From Felis catus (taxonomy: Eukaryota), in contig NC_058368.1 in NCBI RefSeq assembly GCF_018350175.1, positions 108,812,001 through 108,876,000 of the forward strand: a stretch of 64,000 nt of DNA. The letters run 5' to 3'. Positions 52,847 to 64,000 of the stretch are shown here, one piece after another. Numbering within the stretch: position 1 is the stretch's first letter; each line of letters begins with the position of its first letter. A program made the position numbers and the translations under genes. The notes under the pieces are model-generated. The model saw only the letters and a program-made list of their open reading frames with translations, was not told the origin of the DNA and did no database searches.

Positions 52847-53312
52847 CTCTCTTCCCTTAAAAAATGGCCTGGGCACAGGACTAAATTTATAAATGGAAGG
52901 TAATCTTTTTTCCTATGGTAATGTAAAAAATAAGTTAACTCTCATAAAGACGCTTTTCATTGTTCTAAATTACAGGATTTTAAACATCTGTTTCTGTATA
53001 ATATAGTATCACTTAAAATTTTATTTAAAAGCAATTAAAACCTGCTTTAGGATGAAAAAATGTCCTTAACTTAGGGGGAACACTGTGCCTCAGCCTACAC
53101 CCAAGTATTTCCCCCCTGTTACTGTTCCTCAAAAAGTATGTCACAGAAGGTTTTATACAGGTGATATCAATGCTGTTTAAAATCATCGTAGACTGAGTTG
53201 GACCTGCTAATACTAGAGAGAAGAAACACGAAGGCAAGGACGTTTTTACCCCTGACACGTGGATTAGAGATGACAGAAGTTTAAGTCTTCTCTGTCACCA
53301 AAGCCACAGAAC

Positions 53313-53660
53313 CATGCTCTTCTTACTGAGCCAGCCAGGTACCTCAAGTCTTTAAATTCTTTTAGCAGTGTTTAGTAGTTTTTAATGTACAAGTCTTGGA
53401 ACTCATTGATTAAATTTATTTCTCAGTATTTTATTCTTTTGATACTACTTTAAATGAAATTGTTTTCTTAATTTCCTTTTCAGATTTTCATTGCTGGTGT
53501 GTAGAAATACAACTAATTTTTGCATGTGCTTGGAAATTAATTTGGATTATAATGAATCTATAAATCAGCTGAGAGAGAATTAACATCTTAACCATATTGA
53601 GCCTTAAAATCCATGAATGTTGTCTCCATTATTTAGGTCTTCTTTGATTTTTATTATCAG
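53313..53660 (-). repeat. About 350-bp inverted copy of 60415-60761
   Basis: Reverse complement aligns along its length, including an L1/SINE junction. Confidence 0.9.
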
Positions 53661-53740
53661 CGTCAGGGCCTTGCTACCTTAATTTCTTTCCCTCCAAAGT
53701 TTCAACATCAGAAAATCTTCACTACTTAAAAAGCTTGATG

Positions 53741-53799
53741 ATTGTTGCACTATATGCTAACTAATTTGGATATAAATTAAAAAAATAAAATAAAAAAAA
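53741..53799 (+). mobile_element. Severely 5'-truncated felid L1 (3' terminus only)
   Basis: ATTGTTGCACTATATGCTAACTAATTTGGAT plus A tail, matching the end of the L1 at about 60209-60260. Confidence 0.8.
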
Positions 53800-55959
53800 C
53801 TTAATGAAGATTGATGAAAACTTCTATGAAGAAACACAGAACACCCTTAAATACAGCAATGTCTTGTTTACATCCAATGAACTTAAGCTTCCAAAGAGGT
53901 AGGGGGAGAGAAAAAGAAATAATTAACTAAAATAATCCTACACTAATTAAAGTGTATTCCAACAAAGAAAATTCTGGGCATAAATGGGTTCACTGTGAAC
54001 TGTACCAAACATTTAAAGAAGAAATACTAGCTATTCTAAACACTCTTCTGCAAAACAGAAGAGAAGGAAACACTTTATAACCAATTTTATGAGGTCAGCA
54101 TTATCCTGATAACAAAATCAAACTTAAAAATTATAGGCAAAAAAGAAACAAACAAAGAAACAAACAAACAAAAAAACAACTATGGATCAATATTCCCCAT
54201 GAACATGGATACAAAAATCTATCACAAAACATTAGCAAATCGAATCCATCAATATATCAAAGGTATAACATCATGACTAAGTGGAGTTTATCCCAGGAAT
54301 GCAAGGTGAGTTCAATATTTAAAACACAATTAATGTAATTCATAACATCAACAGACTAAAGAAGAAAAATCCCACACAACTGATAACATCAGTAACTTAA
54401 AGAAACTGCATTTGACAAAGTTCAACTTCCATTCAGATAAATACAGCAAACTAGGAAGAGAAAGGAATATTCATAATCTGACAAAAGTGATCTGCATAAA
54501 ACCTTTAACTTCTATCATATTTAATGGTAAAAAGCTAAATGTTTCTCCCTAGGACTGAAAATGAGACAGAGACTTGCCTTCAACATTTCCATTCACCATC
54601 AGACTGTAGGTCTTAGCCTGTGCAACAGGGTAAGAAAATTAAAGAAAAGACCTATAGGTTGGAAACAAAAAAATAAAATTGTCTTTATTTGCACATGTGC
54701 TTGTCTACATGTAAAATTCTGAAGAATTTATAACAAAGTTACTAAAATGAACTAATAGTTAAGCTATGTCACAGCACAAAAAATGAAAATAAAAAAAATC
54801 AACTGTATTTCTATGTATTACCAACGAACAAGTGGAACTGTAAATTTTAAAAAAGTACCACTGAGGGAGCAGCCAAGATGGTGGAATAGCATGGAAGTTT
54901 CCTGTGTGTTTCGCGTCCATGAAATACAGCCAGACCAACACTAAACCATCCTACACACTTAGAAAACTGACTGGAGGATTAACACAACAATCTGCACAAC
55001 CTGAATGACAGAATTCAACAGGAATTCACCCCAAAAGAAAGAGCACGAAGACACAACAGCCAGGGATTTAACCAACACAGGGACAAGCAAGATGTCTGAA
55101 CCAGAATTTAGAATCACGATGACAAGAATACTAGCTGGAGTTGAAAATAGATTAGAATCCCTTTCTGCAGAGATAAAAGAAGTAAAAAATAGCCAGAATG
55201 AAATTAAAAATGCTATAACTGAGCTGCAATCACGGATGGATGCAGCGGCAGCAAGGATGGATGAGGCAGAACAGAGAATCAGTGATACAGAGAACAAACT
55301 TATAGAGAATAATGAAGCAGAAAAAAAAGAGATTAAGGCAAAAGAGCCTTAGATTAGATTAAGGCAAAAGAGCCTTGCCTTAGATTAAGGCAAAAGAGCA
55401 TGATTTAAGAATCAGAGAAATCAGTGACTCATTAAAAAGGAATAACATCAGAATTATAGGGATCCCAGAAGGGGAAGAGAGAGAAATAGGGGTAGAAGGG
55501 TTATGTGAGCAAATCATAGCAGAAAACTTTCCTAACCTGGGGAAAGACACAGACATCAAAATCCAGGAAGCACAGAGGACCCCCATTAGATTCAACAAAA
55601 ACTGACAATCAACAAGGCATATCATAGTCAAATTCACAAAATACTCAGGCAAGGAGAGAATCATGAAAGCAGCAAGGGAAAAAAAGTCCCTAACCTACAA
55701 GGGAAGACAGATCAGGTTTGAAGCAGACCTATTCACAGAAATTTGGTGGGCCAGAAAGGAGTGGCAGGATATATTCAGTGTGCTGAATCAGAAAAATATG
55801 CAGCCAAGAGTTTTTTATCCAGCAAGGCTGTCATTCAAAATAGAAGGAGAGATACAAAGTTTCCCAGACAAACAAAAATTAAAGGAGTTTGTGACCATGA
55901 AACCATCTCTGCAAGAAATTTTAAGGGGGACTCTCTGAGGAGAGAAAAGATGAAAAAAA

Positions 55960-55984
55960 AATATATATCTATATCTATCTATCT

Positions 55985-56068
<84 letters not shown>
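55960..56068. repeat. (TA)n microsatellite in the L1 inter-ORF region
   Basis: Long TA runs. Confidence 0.9.
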
Positions 56069-56072
<4 letters not shown>

Positions 56073-59000
56073 AAATGCAACAAAGATTAGAAAGGACCAG
56101 AGAACACCACCAGAAACTCCAACTCTACAAGCATCATAATAACAATAAATTCATATCTTTCAGTACTCACTCTAAGTGTCAATGGACTCAATGCTCCAAT
56201 CAAAAGACATAGGGCAACAGAATGGATAAGAAAACAAGATCCATCTATATGCTGTTTACAACAGACCCACTTTAGACCTAAAGACACCTTCAGATTGAAA
56301 ATAAGGGGACAGAGAACCATATATCATGCTAATGGTCAACAAAAGAAAGCCAGAGTAGCCATACTTTTTTCAGACAATCTAGACTTTAAAATAAAGACTG
56401 TATCAAGAGATGCAGAAGGGCATTATATCATAATCAAGGGGTCTATCCACCAAGGAGACCGAACAATTGTAAACATTTATGCGCCAAATGTGGTAGCACC
56501 CAAATATATACATCAATTAATCACAAACATCAAGAAACTCACTGATAGTAATACCATAATAGTAGGAGACTTCAAAACCCCACTCACACAAATCAACAAG
56601 GAAACAATGGCTTTGAATGTCACACTGGACCAGATGGACTTAACAGATATATTCAGAACATTTCATCCTAAAGCAGTAGAATATACATTCCTCTCCAGTG
56701 CACATAGAACATTCTCCAGAATAGACCATATACTGGAACACAAATCAGCCCTAAGTAAGTACAAAAAGATCAAGATCATACCGTGCATATTTGTAGACCA
56801 CAACACCATGAAACTTGAAATCAACCACAGGAAAAAAATTGGAAAGGTAACAAATACTTGGAGACTGAAGAACATCCTACTAAAGAATGAATGGGGTAAA
56901 CAAGCAATTAAACAGGAAATTATATGGAAGTATATGGAAGTATATGAAAGTATATGGAAGTCAATGAAAATGATAACACCACAACCCAAAAGCTCTGGAA
57001 CACAGCAAAGGTGGTCAGAAAAGGAAAGTATATAGCAATCCAGGCCTTCCTAAGGAAGGAAGAAAGATCTCAGGTACACAACCTATAACCTTACACCTTA
57101 AGGGGCTAGAAAAAGAACAGCAAATAAAACCCCAAACCAGCAGAAGACAGGAAATAACAAAGATTAGAGCAGAAATTAATGCTATCAAAACCGAAAAAAA
57201 CAAAAAACAAAAAAAACAGTAGAACAGATCAATGAAACCAGAAGCTGGTTCTTTGAAAGAATTAACAAAATTGATAAACCACTAGCCAGTTTGATTAAAA
57301 AGAAAAAGGAAAGGACCCAAATAAATAAAATCAAGAATGAAAGAAGAGAGATCACAACCAACACAGCAGAAATAAAAACAATAATAAGAGAATATTATGA
57401 GCAATTATATGCCAATAAAATGGGCAATCTGGAAGAAACGGACAAATTCCTAGAAACATCTACACTACCAAAACTGAAACAGGAAGAAAGAGAAAATTTG
57501 AACAGACCCATAACCAGTAAGGAAATAGAATTAGTAATCAAAAATCTGCCACAACACAAGACTCCAGGGCCAGACGGCTTTCCAGGGGAATTCTACCAAA
57601 CATTTAAGGAAGAGCTAACACCTATTCTCTTGAAGCTGTTCCAAAAAAACAGAAATGGAAAGAAAACTTCCAAACTCTTTCTATGAAGCCAGCATTACCT
57701 TGATTCCAAAAGCAGAGACCCCACTAAAAAGGAGAACGATAGACCAATTTCCCTCATGAACATGGATGCAAAAATCCTCAACAAGATATTAGCCAAACGG
57801 TTCCAACAATACATTAAAAAAATTATTCACCACGACCAAGTGGGATTTATATCTGGGATGCATGGCTGGTTCAATATCTGCAAAATAATTAACATGATTC
57901 ATCACATCAATAAAAGAAAGGACAAGAACCATATGATGCTTTCAGTAGATGCAGAGAAAGTATTTGACAAAATACTGCATCCTTTCTTGATAAAAACCCT
58001 CAAGAAAGTAGGGATAGAAGGAGCATACCTCGAGATCATAAAAGCCATATATGAATGACCCAACGCTAATATCATCCTCAATAGGGAAAAACTGGTAGCT
58101 TTCACCCTAAGGTCAAGAACAAGACAGGGATGTCCATTCTTGCCACTGTTATTCAACACAGTATTGGAAATCTTAGTAGCCTCTTCAATCAGACAACACA
58201 AAGAAACAAAAGTCATCCAAATCAGCCAAGAGGAGGTCAAACTTTCACTCTTCGCAGATGACATGGTACTCTATATGGAAAACCCAAAAGATTCCACGAA
58301 AAAAATGCTAGAATTGATTCATGAATTCAGCAAAGTTGCAGGATATAAAATCGATGCACAGAAATCGGTTGCATTCCTATACACCAACAACGAAGCAACA
58401 GAAAGAGAAATCAAGGAATCAATCCCATTTACAGTTACACCAAAAACCATAAAATACCTAGGAATAAATATAACCAAAGAGGTGAAAAATCTATATGCTG
58501 AAAACTATAGAAAGCTTATGAAAAATGAAAGAAGACACAAAAAAATAGAAAAAGATTCCATGCTCCTGGATAGGAAGAACAAATATGGTTAAAATGTTGA
58601 CACTACCCAAAGCAATCTACATATTCAAAGCAATCCCTATCAAAATAACACCAGCATTCTTCACAGAGCTATAACAAATAATCCTAAAATTTGTATGGAA
58701 CCAGAAAAGACCCCAAATAGCTAAAGCGATCTTGAAAAAGAAAACCAAAGCAGGAGGCATCACAATCCCAGACTTCAAGCTATACTACAAAGCTGTAACC
58801 ATCAAGATAGTATGGTACTAGCACAAGAAAAGACACTCAGATCAATGGAACAGAATAGAGAACCCAGAAATGGACCCACAAACGTATGGCCAACTAATCT
58901 TTGACAAAGCAGGAAAGAATATCTGATGGAATAAAGACAGTCTCTTCAGCAAGTGGTGCTGGGAAAACTGGACAGCGACATGCAGAAGAAGGAACCTGGA

Positions 59001-59812
59001 CCACTTTCTTACACCACACACAAAAATGAACTCAAAACGGATGAAAGACCTAAATGTAAGAGAGGAAGCCATCAAAATCCCTGAGGAGAAAGTAGGCAAA
59101 AACCTCCTTGATCTTGGCCGCAGCAACTTCTTAACACGTCTCCAGAGGCAAGGGAAACAAAAGCAAAAATGAAATACTGGGTCCTCATCAAAATAAAAAG
59201 CTTCCACATAGTAAAGGAAACAATCAGCAAAACTAAAAGGCAACCAACAGAATGGGAGAAGATATTTGCAAATGACATATCAGATAAAGAGTTAGTATCC
59301 ACAATCTATAAAGAACTTATCAAACTCAACACCCAAAATACAAATAATCCAGTGAAGAAATGGGCAAAAGACATGAATAGATACTTCTCCAAAGAAGACA
59401 TCCAGATGGCCAACCGACACATGAAAACAAGCTCAACATCACTCATCAGGGAAATACAAATCAAAACCACAATGAGATACCACCTCACACCTGTCAGAAT
59501 GGCTAATATTAACAACTCAGGCAACAACAGATGTTGGCGAGGATACGGAGAAAGAGGATCTCTTTTGCATTGTTGGTGGCAATGAAAGCTGGTGCAGCCA
59601 CTCTGGAAAACAGTATGGAGGTTCTTAAAAAAACTAAAAATAGAACTACCCTACGACCCAGCAATTGCACTACTAGGCATTTATCCACAGGATACAGGTG
59701 TGCTGTTTCGAAGGGACACAGGCACCCCCGTGTTTATAACATTACTATCAACAACAGCCAAAGTATGGAAAGAGCCCAAATGTCCATCAATGGATGAATG
59801 CATAAAGAAGAT

Positions 59813-59815
<3 letters not shown>

Positions 59816-59874
<59 letters not shown>

Positions 59875-59888
59875 TACATACATATACA
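59816..59888. repeat. (TA)n(CA)n microsatellite in L1 ORF2 3' end
   Basis: TA then CA runs. Confidence 0.9.
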
Positions 59889-60316
59889 ATGGAGTATTAC
59901 TCGGCAATCAAAAAGAATGAAATCTTGCCATTTGCAACTATGTGGATGGAACTGGAGGGTATTACACTAAGTGAAATTAGTCAGTCAGAGAAAGACAAAA
60001 ATCATATGACTTCACTCATATGAGGACTTTAAGAGACAAAATAGATGAACATAAGGGAAAGGAAACAAAAATAATATAAAAACACAGAAGGGGACAAAAC
60101 AGAAGAGACTCATAAATATGGAGAACAAACTGAGGGTTACTGGAGAGGTTGTGGGAGGGGGGATGGGCTAAATGGGTAAGGGGCACTAAGGAATCTACTC
60201 CTGAAATCATTGTTGCACTATATGCTAACTAATTTGGATGTAAATTTAAAAAAAATAAAAAATTAAAGTTAAATACAAATTTTTAATAAAAAAAATAAAA
60301 ATAAAAAAGTACCACT

Positions 60317-63300
60317 TATTAACAGCACAAAAACATGAAGTATTTAGGCATAAATCTAACAAAATATGTGAAGGTTCTTTCTGTATGCTAAAAACTAAAA
60401 CAACACACAAAAATCTGATAACAAAAATCAAATAAGACTTAAGTAATGGAGACAGTATTCATGGATTTTAAGGCTCAAGATGGTTAAGATGTTAATTCTC
60501 TCTCAACTGATTTATAGATTCAATATAATCCAAATTAAAATCCAAGCACATACAAAAATTAGTTGTATTTCTACACATTTGCAATGAAAATCTGAAAAGG
60601 AAATTAAGAAAACAATTTCATTTAAAGTAGTATCAAAGAATAAAATACTGAGAAATAAATTTAATCAATGAGTTCCAAGACTTGTACACTAAAAGCTACT
60701 AAACACTGCTAAAAGAAATTAAAGACTTGAGGTACCTGGCTGGTCCAGTAAGAAGAGCATGCAATTCTTGATCTTGATGTCATGAATTCAGGCCCCGTGT
60801 TGGGTACAGAGATTACTAAAATAAAATAAATTAATTTAAAAAAAAATTAGAGACTTAAATAAGGTGAAAGGTATCTCATGTTCATGGACCAGAAGACAAT
60901 ACTGTTCAGATGGCATACTCCCCCAAGATAGCAAAAGAATGAATGCAATCTCAACCAAATTGATAATCAATTTTAAAACTTACTTTAAAGCTACAGTTAT
61001 TACAGCAGTGTAGTACTGGCATAGCAATAAATATATACATCAATGAAATAGAACTGAGAGCACAGAAATGAATTATACATCTATGGCCAATTGATTTCTT
61101 ACAAGAATGCCAAGACTATTCAATGAAGAAAGGATAATCTCATCAAAATGGTACTGAGATGACTAGATATTCACATGCAAACAAATAAAAATGAACCTTT
61201 ACCTTACTTACCAAACTTAATTCAAGATGGATCAAAGACCTAAATATAAGAGCTATATGCATAAAACTCTTAGAAGAAAACACTAGTGTAGGTCTTCATG
61301 ACTTTGGATTTGGCAATGGCTCCTGAGACATGATACCTAAAGCACTAACAACCAAAGAAAAAGGCAGATGAATTAAAATTTGAATTTAAAAACTTTTGTA
61401 CTTCAAAGGACACCATCAAGAAAGAAAACCCACAGAATGTGAAAAAACAAACAAATAGAGTCTAGAACTCTTATAAGTCAATAACAACAAAAAACAAAAA
61501 CCCAAAATAACAAAAAATAAACAACCCAATTTAAAATTAGGCAAAGGACCTGAACACACATTTCTCTAAAAGAAGATGTACAAATGGCCAATAAAGACAT
61601 GACAAGATGCTCAACATCATTATTCATTATTGAAACACAAATCAAAACCACAATGAAATATCCCTTCTTCGCAGTCACTAGGAAGGCTATAATTTTGATG
61701 AAAAAAGAAAATAACAAACGTCAGTGAAAAAGTGGAGGAATGAGAATGCAAAATGGGCAGCTACTGTGAAAAATACTTGGTGTTCCTCAGTAACTCAAAC
61801 ATAGAATTACTACATGACTTGGAAACCAAATCCCACTCCTGGGTATATAATCAAATAATTGAAAACAGGTGTTTAAACAAAAATTTGTACATGAATGTTC
61901 ATAACAGCCCTATTTACAATAGCCAAAAAAAAATGAACAATCCAGATGTCCATCAACTCATAAATGGAAAAAAAAAATGGCATATCTATATGTATATGTT
62001 TCCTAGGGCTGCCATAACAAATTACCACAAACTGGTTAGCTTAAACAAAAGAAGTTTATTCTCTCACAGTGCTGCAACCAGAAGTCTAAAATTAAGACAT
62101 CAGCAGGCTACACTCTCTCCAAAGTCACAATGGGAGAATCCTTCCTTGCCTCTTCCAGCCTGGTGGCTCCAGGCTTGCCGTGGCTTCCTGGGCAATATTG
62201 TTCCCATTTCTGTGTCTGTTTTTACAGAGCCTTTTCCTTTTCTCTGTCTTATCTTCTTCTGTCTCTTATAAGGACACCTGTCATTGGATTTAAAACCCAA
62301 TGGATAATACAAGATGCGCCATCTTGAGACCCTTAGCTTAATTATATCTGTAATGACTCTTTTTTCAAATAACGTCACACTCACAAGGTCTGGGGGTTAA
62401 GATGTGATGTATCTTTTGGGGGATACTGTTCAACCTATTTAATCATGCAATGAATTATTATTCAGCCATAAAAAGAAATGAAGTAGTGATACATCCTACA
62501 ATATGGATAATCTGGAAACATTCTCCTAAGTGAAAGAAGGCAGACACAAAAGACTACACACTATATGATGCCAATTATATGAAATTTCCAGAATAGGCAA
62601 ATCCACAGAGACAGAAGGGAAATTAGTGGCTTCCAGGAGCTAGAGGAAGGGGAAATGAGGAGTGACTCTTTAATGAGTACAGGGTTTCCTTTGGGGTTGA
62701 TGAAAATAAAGTGGATGATAAAGTGGAAAGTGGTGATGGCTGCACAACATTATAAATGTACTGAATGTCACTGAATGCATTATAGGACTCCAAAGACTTA
62801 CTGTAAAGCTACAGTAATTATGACATTGTGGTATTAGTGAAAGTATAACCACATAGATTAATAGAAAGGAACAGAGACCAGAAATAGACCTATGTATCTA
62901 TGGTCACTTTATTTCAACAATGTTTCAAAGGCAATTTAACAGAGAAAGAAAACTGTTTTCAACAAATGGTGCTGGAACAATTGGTTATCGACAAGAAAGT
63001 AAATAAATATATAAATAAGCCTCAATCCTTACCTCACATGATACATGAAACTGACTCAAAATGGATCAAAGACATAAATGTAAAATCTAAAACCATAAAA
63101 TTTCTGGAGGGAAACAGAAGAGAAAATCTTTGTGACCTTTGATTTGGCAAAGATTTCTTAATTAGGCAAAGATATAACACAAAAATCATGATCCATAAAA
63201 ATAATAAATTAAACAAGGTAAATACTGGGAGAAGTTACTTGTAAAATATATATGATTTAAAAATCCTGTACCCAGCAGATATAAAGAATTCTAAAAACTC

Positions 63301-63500
63301 ACTAAAAAAATACACAACTTAATATGTTAAATAGACTGAAGAGCTAAATTGATATTTCAACAAAGAAAACCTACAGAAGGCAAATAAGCACATGAAAAAA
63401 TAATGACTATCATTAATTATTAAGGAAATGGAGATGATAAGATACCACTACACAGCTATAATGACTTAAATAAAAAGTAAAATGACAATACTCTTCTATA
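60317..63500 (+). mobile_element. Ancient L1 ORF2/3' fragments (continuation of the host L1 plus nested pieces)
   Basis: Degenerate ORF2 3' motifs (CAATGAAATAGAACTGAGAG, GGATCAAAGACCTAAAT, CAAATCAAAACCACAATG). Confidence 0.8.
61991..62440 (-). mobile_element. MaLR LTR (MLT1-like)
   Basis: TTTCCTAGGGCTGCCATAACAAATTACCACAAACTGG...TTTATTCTCTCACAGT, a typical MLT1 end. Confidence 0.8.
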
Positions 63501-63881
63501 AACCTAAAATTACCTAAAAATAAAAGTAAAAAATGTAAGATAACAATGGAATATACATTGAGAGAGAAATATATAAACTGAAACATAAGATGAGCCTGCA
63601 GGCATCTTTTGGTCCGAGAAAGTAATAAAGTGCTTTAAAAAAAAAATGGAGGCACAATGAAAGAACACAGGAGACCACCTAAAAAAGCTCAAAATGGACA
63701 AAGTTGGAAAAACCTGGGCAACAAAGTGTATAACAAAAATACTAGAGAATAGCATAGAGAATAAAATAAATAACTATGACTGCATGGTGATATACAGAAA
63801 TGATTAAATAAGCAAAGAAATGAGGAAAAAGTGACAAAAGGTCCTAATGGAAAAATTGCAATTAATATAGGTAGAAGAATA

Positions 63882-64000
63882 GGGGTGCCTGGGTGTCTTA
63901 GTCAGTTAGGCATCTGACTCTTGATTTTGGCTCAGGTCATGGTCTCACAGTTTGTGAGATCCAGGCCTGTGTCAGGCTCTGCACTGATAGCATGGAGCCT
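63882..64000 (+). mobile_element. Can-SINE, cut by the window end
   Basis: GGGGTGCCTGGGTG...GGCTCAGGTCATG head. Confidence 0.88.

Larger units (their letters stand above)
46950..54847 (+). mobile_element. Fragmented ancient L1 (L1M-type), interrupted by SINEs and other inserts
   Basis: A-rich plus strand with degenerate ORF1 (about 48300-48750), endonuclease (about 50930-51560) and RT (about 53920-54840) motifs; an opposite-strand L1 5' segment at about 48770-49890; boundaries approximate. Confidence 0.7.
54863..60301 (+). mobile_element. Felid/carnivore L1, 5.4 kb, inactivated (ORF1 about 55005-55938, ORF2 about 56136-59990 with stops and frameshifts)
   Basis: 15-bp TSD TAAAAAAGTACCACT (54848-54862 and 60302-60316); ORF1 remnants; endonuclease motifs; RT motif LFADDM; 3'UTR G-rich tract and A tail. 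Confidence 0.97.

Noticed and set aside
55005..59816. Long ORFs with endonuclease/RT similarity as host genes or an active element
   Set aside because: They are pieces of one TSD-flanked L1 with several stops and frameshifts
61753..62271. 172-aa ORF
   Set aside because: Chance read-through across an old L1 3' end and an MLT1 LTR

Overview
Mammalian genomic DNA, most likely a felid (feline-type GM-CSF protein, carnivore tRNA-derived Can-SINEs, felid-type L1), from the IL3-CSF2 end of the Th2 cytokine locus. It contains the complete four-exon CSF2 (GM-CSF) gene (11741-13634, +) with its promoter, about -3 kb enhancer and AU-rich 3'UTR. About 1.3 kb past the CSF2 poly(A) signal lies a second intact four-exon, phase-0 short-chain cytokine gene that the ORF track does not assemble (15238-16894, +, 150 aa). 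It has GM-CSF-like cysteines and helix motifs and a GATA/CLE0/TATA promoter, and is best interpreted as KK34, the little-studied fourth IL-3/IL-5/GM-CSF family member. The rest appears non-coding: an ERV-L remnant split by an inversion with 134-bp inverted breakpoint duplications, several local duplications with templated junctions, many Can-SINEs, old L1/L2/MIR/DNA-transposon relics and a 5.4-kb felid L1 with an apparently spliced 5' end. Repeat family names and comparisons with human elements come from recall of consensus sequences, not from database searches.
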